In this document: positions 27,248 to 36,636 of the stretch, in pieces | Layout: each line of letters opens with the position of its first letter | Numbering within the stretch: the first letter of the stretch is position 1 | Assembly: GCA_963765535.1 (NCBI GenBank) | Contig: CAVXWU010000014.1 | Span: 199,963-263,962, forward strand | Direction of reading: 5' to 3' | Length of the DNA: 64,000 bases | DNA from: an uncultured Verrucomicrobiae bacterium | GTDB taxonomy: Bacteria > Verrucomicrobiota > Verrucomicrobiia > Limisphaerales > JAHDYP01 | Made by a program: the position numbers and the translations under genes | The notes under the pieces: generated by a model | The model's input: the letters and a program-made list of their open reading frames with translations, nothing else | What the model was told of the DNA's origin: nothing | Database searches by the model: none

Positions 27248-29357
27248 GGTTTGGCTCAAAATTCTCAGGAAAGGTAAGGGTGATGCGGGCGTCGGCGGCA
27301 TAGGCCTCGGTCCCCACTTCTCCCACAATGAAGGGGTTGATATCCAACTCCGCAATCTGAGGGTAGTCCGTCGCCAATTGGCTGATGCGTTGGATCGCGT
27401 TGGCAATCGCTTCAAGATCCACCGGCTTCTGTCCACGAGCCCCCATTAATAACGAATAGGATCGCGTCAGCTTTAACATTTGCATCGCTTCGCTCGCGGT
27501 CACCGGCGCGAGATGAAAGGCCACATCCTTCAAGACCTCCACAAAAATACCCCCCAACCCAAACATCAGCATCGGCCCAAATTGCGGATCGCGGGTCAAA
27601 CCCAGAATGACCTCCCGCCCGCGTCGACCCATCTTCTCCACATATACCCCGCGGAGAACGGCTTCCGGCGCAAAACGCTTCGCCCGGGTCACAATCAAAT
27701 CGTAGGCATCTCGCACCTGATCCGCGCTCCCAAGGTTGATCAACACACCGCCCAGGTCTGACTTGTGGATGATGGATGGCGAAACCACCTTCATTACCAC
27801 CGGGTAACCAATCCGCTCCGCCACCGCCACCGACTCCTCCCGGTCCGTGGCCAGCGACCCTGGCAATGTGCGAAAGCCGTAAGCCGCCAGAATCTCCTTC
27901 GCTTCCACCTCACTTATCTGCTTGTTCTGCATCCGGACATATTTCGAAATCAGCCGGTCCACCCGTCGTCGATTCACCGGAAATCGCAGCACCACCCGCG
28001 TCGGGCGCTTCCGCCACGCCCCGTAATCAACCATCGCCTTCAGGGACATTACCGCGCGCTCCGGCGAGGGATAATTCGGAATTCCCACCGAGGTCAGGAA
28101 ATCCTTGGCTCCAGCCACCGCTGCGCCTCCCATGAATGCGGTCAAAATCGGCTTCTTCTTGTTGTGTGCCTTTTCCAGCGCCTGGGCCAATTGCAGTGGC
28201 GCCGTCATGTTCTGGGGAGTCACCAACACCAGAATCGCGTCCGTGTTCGCATCGTCCTGCAATACCTCCAGCGCCTTGACGTAGCGATCCGGATCCGCGT
28301 CGCCAATCACGTCAATCGGATTCCCAAAAGCCGCCGTCGACGGCAAAAACTCCTTCAGCTTCGCGCGCGCCCCATCCGTCGGAGGCAACAATTCCAACCC
28401 ATTCGCTTCGGAAGCGTCGGCCGCCATGATCCCTGGGCCTCCCGCGTTCGTAATGATGGTCACCCGGTTGCCAGACGGCAGAGGTTGGGTGCCAAAGGCC
28501 AGTGCATAATCGAATAGCCGCTCGAATCCTTCGGCGCGAATGACTCCCGAATGCTTGAATGCCGCCGTGTACGCCACGTCCGCACCCGCAAGACTTCCGG
28601 TATGCGATGAGGCGGCCTTTGCTCCGGCCCGCGTCGTGCCAGCCTTCAGGATTACAACCGGCTTCTGCGTGGCGGTCTGCTCGGCCACTTGCAGGAATCG
28701 GCTGCCATCGACGATGTTCTCCAGGTACCCCACGATCACCGCCGTTTCCTTGTCCTCGGCCAATGCCTCCAAAAAATCGACCTCGTTCAATTCGGCCTTG
28801 TTCCCCAGGCTGATGACCTTCCCCATCCCAATCTTTTCCGTCGCCGCCCAATCCAAAATCGCCACGCAAAGCGCGCCCGACTGCGAGATGACGGAGATTC
28901 GTCCCGGCGGTGGCATCGCTGGCGCGAAGGTGGCGTTCATGTGATGGTGCGTATTCAGCACCCCGATGCAATTCGGACCCAGCAGGCGCAGTTCGCAGGA
29001 CTTGGCATATTCCACCAGTTCGCGCTCCAGAGCCAGCCCCTCCGCGCCCACCTCCTTGAATCCCGCCGTAATGACAATCACGGCTTTCGCTCCCGCATCG
29101 ACGCAACTTTCCACTGCCCCCTTCACCGCCTTGACCGGCACAGCCACCAGTCCCAGATCGATCTTGCCCCTGTAATCCGCAAGCGCCGGGTAACATTTGT
29201 GATCCAGGATCTTCTTCGCCGTCAAACTCACCGGGACAATGTGCCCCTTGAACCCGCTCTCCACCAGATTAGCCACAAGACCATAACCAACTTTGCCCGG
29301 GTTCTGCGAAGCGCCGATGATGGCAATGGACTTCGGATATAAAAGTTCCTTCAGCAT
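27240..29357 (-). CDS. ADP-forming acetate/acyl-CoA ligase-family protein (CoA-binding + ligase-CoA + ATP-grasp)
   Basis: 705 aa. SIAIIGASQNPGKVGY (CoA-binding), GPNCIGVLN, and a C-terminal ATP-grasp half (YGFRTLPG...GYPVVMKV). Confidence 0.85.
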   Translation of the reverse strand: MLKELLYPKSIAIIGASQNPGKVGYGLVANLVESGFKGHIVPVSLTAKKILDHKCYPALADYRGKIDLGLVAVPVKAVKGAVESCVDAGAKAVIVITAGFKEVGAEGLALERELVEYAKSCELRLLGPNCIGVLNTHHHMNATFAPAMPPPGRISVISQSGALCVAILDWAATEKIGMGKVISLGNKAELNEVDFLEALAEDKETAVIVGYLENIVDGSRFLQVAEQTATQKPVVILKAGTTRAGAKAASSHTGSLAGADVAYTAAFKHSGVIRAEGFERLFDYALAFGTQPLPSGNRVTIITNAGGPGIMAADASEANGLELLPPTDGARAKLKEFLPSTAAFGNPIDVIGDADPDRYVKALEVLQDDANTDAILVLVTPQNMTAPLQLAQALEKAHNKKKPILTAFMGGAAVAGAKDFLTSVGIPNYPSPERAVMSLKAMVDYGAWRKRPTRVVLRFPVNRRRVDRLISKYVRMQNKQISEVEAKEILAAYGFRTLPGSLATDREESVAVAERIGYPVVMKVVSPSIIHKSDLGGVLINLGSADQVRDAYDLIVTRAKRFAPEAVLRGVYVEKMGRRGREVILGLTRDPQFGPMLMFGLGGIFVEVLKDVAFHLAPVTASEAMQMLKLTRSYSLLMGARGQKPVDLEAIANAIQRISQLATDYPQIAELDINPFIVGEVGTEAYAADARITLTFPENFEPNHE

Positions 29358-29583
29358 GTGACAGTGTCTTCCGAATCGATGACCGGGATTTTCCCGACTT
29401 GGGATCGATCCCTTTTAGGTGCTTTGGCTTTAAGGGTTGAACCGGCGTTGTGCAAGTGAAATGGGGTCGTGCCTCAATTCTATTATCACCCCTCATCCAT
29501 CTCATTTGTCTCGAATCCCGGCGCCACCCCCACCACCCCGATCATCCTTGTCAACCCTCCTACTTGCCGCTCTCCTCCTCTTC

Positions 29584-30015
29584 ATGAAATCCCGGTTCGC
29601 CCTCGTCCTCGTCACCGCTCCCAGCCTTCACACCGCCCGAGCCCTTGCCCGCTCGACACTCGAAGCGCGCCTCGCCGCATGCGTCAATCTCATCCCCTCG
29701 ATCGAATCCCACTATTGGTGGGAGGACAAGCTCGAGTCGGGGCGGGAAATCCTGTTGCTGATCAAGACGACCGTCAATCGACTGCCTTCACTTCGAAAAC
29801 ACATTCAGGAAGAACACCCCTATGATACCCCGGAGTTCCTCGCGCTCCCCGTTCCCCAGGGCGCGAAACGATACCTCGACTGGATCGCTGCCAGTGCCCG
29901 CGTCCGCGGACGTCCCCAGGCCATTGGCAGCCAACCCCGGGATTCTAAATCGCCGTCGCGAAGAGCCAAGTTAAGGGTTGCCGACCTCTCTCCAGACAAG
30001 CAAAATGCGGTTTGA
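29584..30015 (+). CDS. cutA: Divalent-cation tolerance protein CutA
   Basis: The inner start gives MKSRFALVLVTAPS...LAACVNLIPSIESHYWWEDKLES..E.LLLIKT...HPYDTPEF, the typical CutA1 pattern. Confidence 0.8.
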   Translation: MKSRFALVLVTAPSLHTARALARSTLEARLAACVNLIPSIESHYWWEDKLESGREILLLIKTTVNRLPSLRKHIQEEHPYDTPEFLALPVPQGAKRYLDWIAASARVRGRPQAIGSQPRDSKSPSRRAKLRVADLSPDKQNAV

Positions 30016-30038
30016 ATTGGACCGGTGAGAAAAATCCT

Positions 30039-30620
30039 ATGTTGGACGACATGCTCGAGAATTATCCGAAGGAGCTGATCCTCCGAGAGGGTTTTCGTTG
30101 CGTCGTGCGCCCTCTCGAGGCCGGGGACGAACAAGCCTTCCACCAGTTTTTCCTCGCCGTCCCGGAAAAGGAACGGCTGTTCATCAAACACCGTGTGACG
30201 GAACCGGAAGTCATTTCCTCCTGGTGTCGCAGCATTGATTTGGGACGGCATCTCCCGCTCCTTGGGCTTGCGGCGGACGGCGAAGCATTGGCCACCGCCA
30301 CCCTCCATCAGCAGCTTGGAGGCTGGAAACGACACATCGGCCGAGTCAGCGTCCTCGTTCATCCCGCATACCGGGGACGCGGGCTGGCCAAGGCGCTGAT
30401 TACCGAGGTGATCGAGGTAGCCCGCTGCATCGGCCTTCAACAACTCGAGGCGGAATTCATCGGGGAACAGGAGACGGCCATGAAAATGTTCGGCTTGATT
30501 GGGTTCCAATCCCTCATGCGCCTCCCGGATTACGTCAAGGATATGCAGTCCGAACGCCACGATTATATCCTCATGGGTCTGGACCTCGAAACGGATGAAG
30601 AGTATGCCGGCATGGGTTGA
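30039..30620 (+). CDS. GNAT-family N-acetyltransferase
   Basis: HPAYRGRGLAKALITEVIEVARCIGLQQLEAEF (acetyl-CoA-binding motif A). ATG 30039 is preferred over TTG 30012. Confidence 0.8.
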   Translation: MLDDMLENYPKELILREGFRCVVRPLEAGDEQAFHQFFLAVPEKERLFIKHRVTEPEVISSWCRSIDLGRHLPLLGLAADGEALATATLHQQLGGWKRHIGRVSVLVHPAYRGRGLAKALITEVIEVARCIGLQQLEAEFIGEQETAMKMFGLIGFQSLMRLPDYVKDMQSERHDYILMGLDLETDEEYAGMG

Positions 30621-30769
30621 CCGGTTCACTCTCATCCCGGTGTCCGTCGAAGCGCGGGGAACATGCCTTGGGGACCTGAGGTATTCAGCCAGGCTTTCCA
30701 GGCACGCCCGCCGGCTTGAGAAAAAAGTTTACCCCTGAAGAATCGAAGCTAGAGTCCGAGCCTTCGCAT

Positions 30770-32359
30770 ATGCACATTATTGTTTGTGATCCCGTTTCGC
30801 CGAAGGGCGTCGCGCTCTTGCAACAGCGCCCTGAATTCAAGGTCACGGTCCTCCCCAAACGACTCCCGGAGGAGGAGCTGCTCTCCCTCGTCCCGGACGC
30901 CTCCGCCCTCGTCGTCCGCTCCGAAACCAGGATCACCCGAAAAGTCATCGAGGCGGCGCCGCTTCTCCGCGCGGTGGGACGCGCGGGTGTAGGTGTCGAT
31001 AATGTCGATGTCGAAGCCGCGACGCAACGTGGAGTGGTGGTTATGAACACCCCCAGCGGTAACACTGTTTCCACCGCGGAGTTGACGTTTTCCATGATCA
31101 TGGCCCTCGCCCGGAATATCTCCCAGGCCCATATGTCCATGAAATCTGGCAAGTGGGAACGCAAACAATTCCAAGGCGTCGAACTGAACCAAAAGACCCT
31201 CGGTGTGCTCGGCATGGGGCGGATTGGCAGCGAAGTCGCCCGCCGCGCTGTCGCCTTCGGAATGCGCGTCCTGGCTTTCGATCCTTACCTTGCGCGGTCC
31301 CGGGCCAAAACTTTGGAGGTCGAGTTGGTCGAACTGGAGGACCTCTTCGCGCGGGCGGATTTCGTCACGGTTCACATGCCGATGAGCGACGAGACGCGGG
31401 GTATGATTAACTCCGCCGCTTTCGCCAAGATGAAGGATGGCGTGCGAATCATCAACTGCGCCCGCGGTGGCATCGTCGTCGAGCGGGACCTCTACGATGC
31501 CATTCAGCGCGGCAAGGTGGCCGGTGCTGCCCTCGACGTTTATGAAACCGAGCCTCCACCGGCGGAGTTTGGCCTCCGGGAGTTGCCGCAGGTAATCATG
31601 ACCCCGCACCTTGGCGCCAGCACCGGAGAAGCGCAGGAGAATGTCGGCATTGAGGTCGCCGAGGCGTTAACGGATTATCTCCTGCATGCCACGGTTCGGA
31701 ACGCGGTGAACCTCCCGAACCTCGATGCGCAAACCTACGAACGCGTCAAACCGTACTTGAACCTGGGTGAGAAACTCGGGTTGCTCCTCGCCCAAGTCGC
31801 CCCCAAACGCAACGAACGGATTGTCATCACCTTCGGCGGTCGTGCCACTACGATGCCCGGCGACCCGATCACCCGCTCCATCCTTAAGGGCTTTCTCGGT
31901 TCCTCCGGCGCTCACGACGTCAACCAGGTCAATGTCCGCACCCTGGCCGGCGCGCTCGGTTTGTTGATCGAGGAAATCAAATCCAGCGTGGCCACCGATT
32001 TCAACGAGTGGCTCCATGTCGCCGTCGATTCCGACGGGCAAAAGGCCTCTGTCGGAGGCACGTTTTTCGGGGCGCAAAACCATCCCCGCGTGGTGCGCAT
32101 CAACGATATGCCCGTGGAAGTCAACGCCTCCGGCGTCCTGTTCCTGATGATCAACAAGGATCGGCCCGGTATCGTCGGCTACATCGGCACACTCATGGGT
32201 GAACATGGTGTCAATATCGCCAGCATGAGCCTCAGTCGTGACATCAAAGGCGGTCACGCCCTCACTGTGCTGAACCTCGACAGTGTCCCCCCGGATAAAC
32301 TCCTCGAAGCCGTCCGCAAAGACCCCGACATTAGTCACGTCCGGGTGGTGTCGCTCTGA
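30770..32359 (+). CDS. serA: D-3-phosphoglycerate dehydrogenase (long form with ASB and ACT domains)
   Basis: NAD-binding GVLGMGRIGSEVA, catalytic region ...MTPHLGAST.EAQ, and a C-terminal ACT domain (LFLMINKDRPGIVGYIGTLMGEHGVNIASMSL). Confidence 0.93.
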   Translation: MHIIVCDPVSPKGVALLQQRPEFKVTVLPKRLPEEELLSLVPDASALVVRSETRITRKVIEAAPLLRAVGRAGVGVDNVDVEAATQRGVVVMNTPSGNTVSTAELTFSMIMALARNISQAHMSMKSGKWERKQFQGVELNQKTLGVLGMGRIGSEVARRAVAFGMRVLAFDPYLARSRAKTLEVELVELEDLFARADFVTVHMPMSDETRGMINSAAFAKMKDGVRIINCARGGIVVERDLYDAIQRGKVAGAALDVYETEPPPAEFGLRELPQVIMTPHLGASTGEAQENVGIEVAEALTDYLLHATVRNAVNLPNLDAQTYERVKPYLNLGEKLGLLLAQVAPKRNERIVITFGGRATTMPGDPITRSILKGFLGSSGAHDVNQVNVRTLAGALGLLIEEIKSSVATDFNEWLHVAVDSDGQKASVGGTFFGAQNHPRVVRINDMPVEVNASGVLFLMINKDRPGIVGYIGTLMGEHGVNIASMSLSRDIKGGHALTVLNLDSVPPDKLLEAVRKDPDISHVRVVSL

Positions 32360-32508
32360 CCGCCCCAACCGGCATCGATGAAGTTCGCGATTTCATCCGG
32401 GTAGTTGTCACCCGCAGCCACATCATGTACGTTCGCCCTCTAGTGATCGAAATGATTCAAGATTATTTAAGCACAATCGGGAGCCCATGCCCGGCTCCCT
32501 CATCACGA

Positions 32509-33555
32509 ATGCGCCAACTGCGGCTCGGTTTGCTTGCGTTGCTCCTTGGCTTGATAACAGTCCGGGCGGCCGATCCCCAGCCCGCCGCGCCTGGAACTTT
32601 TACCTTCACCGACCCATCGGGGGACGCCGTGCTCTGCCAGGGAAAAGACCTCGAGGTCAAGCGCCGCGCCGTCGACCGTGCCATCGCTCAATTCAAGGCA
32701 AACGCGCTTGCCCGCAATCAGACCGTGCCCGAAAGCCAGTTGCCCGACATCGAAACCATGCTCCTGGACCGGTTGGTTGTTACGGAATTGCTCCTTCAGC
32801 AGGCCACCCCGGCCGACCGCGAGAAGGGGCGGGAGCTCGCCGATAAATTCCTATCCGAAACCAAACAACAAGCGGGGTCGGATGCCGCTTTCCAACGTCA
32901 ACTCATGGCGATGTCGTTCACTGAACCGGAACTGGAGACGCAAATCCTCGATCGCGCCATCTGCGAAGAGGTGGTTGAACGGGAAGTTCGCAGCCAGGCC
33001 AAGGTGACGGATGAACAGGTTCGCCAATATTTTAAAGAAAACGCCGATCGCCTCAAACGCCCCGAAATGGTCCGCGCCAGCCACGTCCTCCTGGCGACGG
33101 TCGATCCCCTCACCAATGAATCGCTCTCTGCCGAGAAGAAATCGGAGAAACGCGAACTCATCGGCAAGATCCGGGAACGGGCGCTGGCGGGAGAAGACTT
33201 CACGGAATTGGTGAAAACCTATTCTGAAGACCCCGGCGCCCGTGAGAACAATGGGATTTACACATTCGCCCGCGGCCAGATGGTGCCCGAGTTTGAGGCC
33301 GCTGCCTTCTCCATGGAGACCAATCAAATCAGTGACGTCGTTACCACCCGCTTCGGTTATCACATCCTTAAGTTGCTTCAGAAGATCCCCGCCGAGCCCA
33401 TTGATTTCGATAAGGTGAAGGATGACATCCGGGTAAGTCTCGAACGACGGCAGGTGCAGGATGAACTCCTGCCCCCGTTCCTCGAGAAACTCAAGGCCGC
33501 CGCCAACCTCGAGTATCTCAACGGATCCAAGCCGCCGCCGCCCCACCAGGACTAA
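32509..33555 (+). CDS. Parvulin-type peptidyl-prolyl isomerase (SurA/PrsA-like), secreted
   Basis: Signal peptide MRQLRLGLLALLLGLITVRA. The rotamase domain contains VRASHVLL...FARGQMVPEFEAAAFS...TRFGYHILK. Confidence 0.85.
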   Translation: MRQLRLGLLALLLGLITVRAADPQPAAPGTFTFTDPSGDAVLCQGKDLEVKRRAVDRAIAQFKANALARNQTVPESQLPDIETMLLDRLVVTELLLQQATPADREKGRELADKFLSETKQQAGSDAAFQRQLMAMSFTEPELETQILDRAICEEVVEREVRSQAKVTDEQVRQYFKENADRLKRPEMVRASHVLLATVDPLTNESLSAEKKSEKRELIGKIRERALAGEDFTELVKTYSEDPGARENNGIYTFARGQMVPEFEAAAFSMETNQISDVVTTRFGYHILKLLQKIPAEPIDFDKVKDDIRVSLERRQVQDELLPPFLEKLKAAANLEYLNGSKPPPPHQD

Positions 33556-33984
33556 TCTCGCTCATTCCTTTGCGGCCCAGGCCCGTCCGACTACGGCGCT
33601 CGCGGTCCGCTTTGAAATGTCGCCTCAACCCGGGCTCGAGTGTCCGCAGGAATAGGCCACGTTCCGCCATCCGGCACTCCTCACGGTGCGCGAGCCAACT
33701 TAGGAGAAAGGGCACCGCTGCCGTTCTCGGTGTCTTATGCCACTCATGCATAGGCCTAAGTCTCGCCGGCCCGAGTGACATAACGATGCCGTTCACGTTA
33801 GGATACGGCAAACTCCGGGGGGCCCTTGGACCAATTCGTATCGGACAAACAGGGCATGGGCTGTCCGGCGGATCGCCTTGGTCCTTCTCCGTAATGTTGC
33901 TCGACAAAATGCCCCAATTCGACCGTTGACACGGCTTTGCCTTTTTGTTGTCATCCCCTTTCCTCTGTTCCCGGGGGATTGACT

Positions 33985-34302
33985 ATGTACGCGATATTAG
34001 AGACTGGCGGTAAGCAATACCGCGTGGCGACCGGCGACAAGCTCCGCATTGAACGCGTGAAGGCCGATGCCGGTCAAAGCTACACTTTTAACCGGATCCT
34101 GATGGTCAATCAGGACGGTCAAGTAACTGTCGGCGCACCTACGGTCCCCGCCGCCTCCGTTGTGGCGGATGTCATCGAGCACGTGCGAGGACCGAAAGTG
34201 ATCGCATTTAAAATGAAACGCCGTAAAGGGTACCATCGCAAGGTGGGCCACCGGCAGGCATTAACCGTCGTTCATATCAAGGAAATCAATCATGGCACAT
34301 AA
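33985..34302 (+). CDS. rplU: 50S ribosomal protein L21
   Basis: [14 protein letters not shown]...[23 protein letters not shown]. Confidence 0.97.
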   Translation: MYAILETGGKQYRVATGDKLRIERVKADAGQSYTFNRILMVNQDGQVTVGAPTVPAASVVADVIEHVRGPKVIAFKMKRRKGYHRKVGHRQALTVVHIKEINHGT

Positions 34303-34555
34303 GAAGGGCGGTGGCAGCAGCCGCAACGGTCGCGACAGCGTCAGTAAACGGCTTGGGGTAAAGCGGTTCGGCGGTGAGTTCGTGACCGCCGGCAGCATCA
34401 TCATACGACAACGCGGCACCAAATTCAGCGCGGGCAATAATGTCGGTACCGGCCGTGACTGGACGCTTTTCGCCCTCGTGGACGGCAAGGTGAAGTTCGA
34501 CCGAAACAACCGTCGAATTCATATCCTCCCTGAGACTTCGCCAACCGGCAATTAA
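34292..34555 (+). CDS. rpmA: 50S ribosomal protein L27
   Basis: [38 protein letters not shown]. Confidence 0.97.
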   Translation: MAHKKGGGSSRNGRDSVSKRLGVKRFGGEFVTAGSIIIRQRGTKFSAGNNVGTGRDWTLFALVDGKVKFDRNNRRIHILPETSPTGN

Positions 34556-34574
34556 CTGGCGATCTCTTTCCGCG

Positions 34575-34601
34575 GGCGAGGTCAGGCACCTCGCCTTTTT
34601 T
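34575..34601 (+). terminator. Rho-independent terminator/attenuator between rpmA and obg
   Basis: GGCGAGGT-caggc-ACCTCGCC (8-bp GC-rich stem) followed by TTTTTT. It ends 7 nt before the obg ATG (34609). Confidence 0.7.
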
Positions 34602-34608
34602 GTTTTCC

Positions 34609-35784
34609 ATGTTTATTGACGAGCTCAAGGTCTTCGCCCGAGCCGGACATGGCGGCAAAGGCTGTGTGGCGTTTCTTCGCGAGCCCTATCGACCCAAGGG
34701 TGGACCAAGCGGCGGCAACGGGGGGCGCGGCGGAGACGTGATCCTTCAGGCAGACCACGATTTGAATAACCTGGTCGCCCAGTATTACCAACCCCGCCTG
34801 CTCGCCGGCAAAGGCGAACCCGGGCTTGGCAAAGGCATGGACGGACGCGCTGGCGCCGATCTCACGGTCAAAGTTCCATGTGGCACCCTGATATGGCGGG
34901 TTACGGCAATGGACCATGCGGAGGAATCGGGCACCCCCCTGGACGCAACTCCCGGCGCGGTCAAATCACCCCTTCTTTCCAGACCACAACGCTCCGCTCT
35001 CCATTACGCCAGCCGTCCCGAAATCATCCCCCCTGCTCCGCCCGTTCCGCAGCCCCGCCTGCCTGGTCCCTTGCGAGCCGAATTCGTCTTCGATCTGACT
35101 CGGCACGGAGAACAGTTCGTTCTTTGCCGGGGCGGCCGGGGCGGCATGGGTAATCGCAATTTCGCTACCTCCACGCGCCAGGCCCCGCGCTTTGCGCAAC
35201 CCGGCGAACCTGGGGAGGAAGGGCATTTTTGGTTTGAACTGCGAATGCTGGCGGAAGTCGGCCTGGTCGGCTACCCGAATGCGGGCAAGTCCACACTGCT
35301 TGCCGCGATTTCCGCCGCCCGCCCGCGGATCGCCCCTTACGCATTCACGACTTTGCATGCTCAAATTGGGGTTGTGGAGTATCCCGATTACTCGAGGATT
35401 ACAGTTTGCGATATCCCGGGTCTCATCGAAGGCGCTCATCGCAATATTGGGCTCGGCCATGCCTTTCTACGGCACATTCAGCGCTGCCAAATCCTCGTCC
35501 TCCTGCTCGACATGTCCGGTATGGATGGCCGTACTCCATGGGACGATTATCAGTCGCTCCTCGATGAACTGCAGCGCTACAATGCAGAGCTCATTCGTCG
35601 GCCACGACTGGTCGTGGCTAACAAAATGGATGAACCCATCGCCGCTTCCAACCTCCGCAAATTCAAACGTCGCATACCCGGCACTCAGGTGATTCCCATC
35701 GCTGCTGCCTTCGACGAGGGAATCGACCGATTCAAAAGCGTCCTTCGTAAATGCCTCGGCGCAGAATCGCCCGCGCGCCCCTGA
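34609..35784 (+). CDS. obg: GTPase Obg/CgtA
   Basis: Gly-rich Obg fold (GGKGCVAF, GGPSGGNGGRGGDV, RGGRGGMGN). G1 is GYPNAGKST, G3 is DIPGLIEGA, G4 is NKMD. ATG 34609 (MFIDEL) is preferred over TTG 34600. Confidence 0.92.
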   Translation: MFIDELKVFARAGHGGKGCVAFLREPYRPKGGPSGGNGGRGGDVILQADHDLNNLVAQYYQPRLLAGKGEPGLGKGMDGRAGADLTVKVPCGTLIWRVTAMDHAEESGTPLDATPGAVKSPLLSRPQRSALHYASRPEIIPPAPPVPQPRLPGPLRAEFVFDLTRHGEQFVLCRGGRGGMGNRNFATSTRQAPRFAQPGEPGEEGHFWFELRMLAEVGLVGYPNAGKSTLLAAISAARPRIAPYAFTTLHAQIGVVEYPDYSRITVCDIPGLIEGAHRNIGLGHAFLRHIQRCQILVLLLDMSGMDGRTPWDDYQSLLDELQRYNAELIRRPRLVVANKMDEPIAASNLRKFKRRIPGTQVIPIAAAFDEGIDRFKSVLRKCLGAESPARP

Positions 35785-35880
35785 AATTCGGATACCCGAG
35801 CCCCTTTGGCTTACAGCTCACCCGTTTCTGCTCCAGAAATTCGTCCCCCAATCGCATCGGTGCATGATCCCGGGATCCAT

Positions 35881-36636
35881 TTACTTGCCGGCGATATCCT
35901 GGTTTTCCACCCAATAGCCTTTTCGATTGTAATACCTGTAAAGCCGTTCTTCATAGCCTCGGGCCAGCGACAACTCCGGATCAAATTCAGGTGCTTCCTT
36001 AATGGTCTGCCGACTAAGATCCACAAACACCTTGGACTCCTCCCAACTGATGTTCGACGCCCATGAGGGAGGAATCAAAACGCTCTTGCCCGGCCACCAA
36101 TTGCGCGTGTTCACCAGGAGATAACGGATGCTCCAGTTGTGGTCATCGATCACAAAATCCTCAACGTGGCCAATTTCGCCATCTTGGGCCTGAATTCGGT
36201 ACTCCGTCACGTCCTGTGTGCTGCGTAAATAAGGATCGCCCTTCTCCGTCGCGGGGGCCTCCGCCGATTCGATGGCGCCGTGGTAAGGCACGGACGCGGC
36301 GCCCCAGACGTATGGACCCTGCCAGTAGAGCGGCCACCCATAATAGGTATGGTATTCCATCTCAAACTGACGCGAGACTGGCAGGTCGGATTCTGGAAAG
36401 GGGCTGTCCTCAACCTGTTGCTTCGTGAGGTTGACCGGGATGGTCCCTTGGATCTCCCCGGTCATCGCAAAGGGCGATATCAGTACGCGCTTCCCGGCAA
36501 GCCAGGTTCCCGTGTCCACCACGAGATAACGCACAATCCAATTCCGATCGTCGAAATAAAACTCCTTCACCCTTCCAATCTCACCGTCCTTGGCTTTCAG
36601 CTGATAATTCTTAAGTTCCTTGGCTCTACGCAGCAT
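35881..36636 (-). CDS. Tandem PRC-barrel domain protein
   Basis: Two repeats of the PRC-barrel pattern: AKDGEIGRVKEFYFDDRNWIVRYLVVDTG.W..GKRVLISP and AQDGEIGHVEDFVIDDHNWSIRYLLVNTRNWWPGKSVLIPP. ATG 36636 is preceded by GGAGG. Confidence 0.75.
   Translation of the reverse strand: MLRRAKELKNYQLKAKDGEIGRVKEFYFDDRNWIVRYLVVDTGTWLAGKRVLISPFAMTGEIQGTIPVNLTKQQVEDSPFPESDLPVSRQFEMEYHTYYGWPLYWQGPYVWGAASVPYHGAIESAEAPATEKGDPYLRSTQDVTEYRIQAQDGEIGHVEDFVIDDHNWSIRYLLVNTRNWWPGKSVLIPPSWASNISWEESKVFVDLSRQTIKEAPEFDPELSLARGYEERLYRYYNRKGYWVENQDIAGK

Noticed and set aside
33926-33954. TTGACA-N17-TGTCAT as the rplU promoter.
   Set aside because: Not listed as a feature. The -35 is perfect, but the -10 lacks the conserved A2/T6 pattern except at the last position. 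It is mentioned only as context in the finding on 33556-33925.
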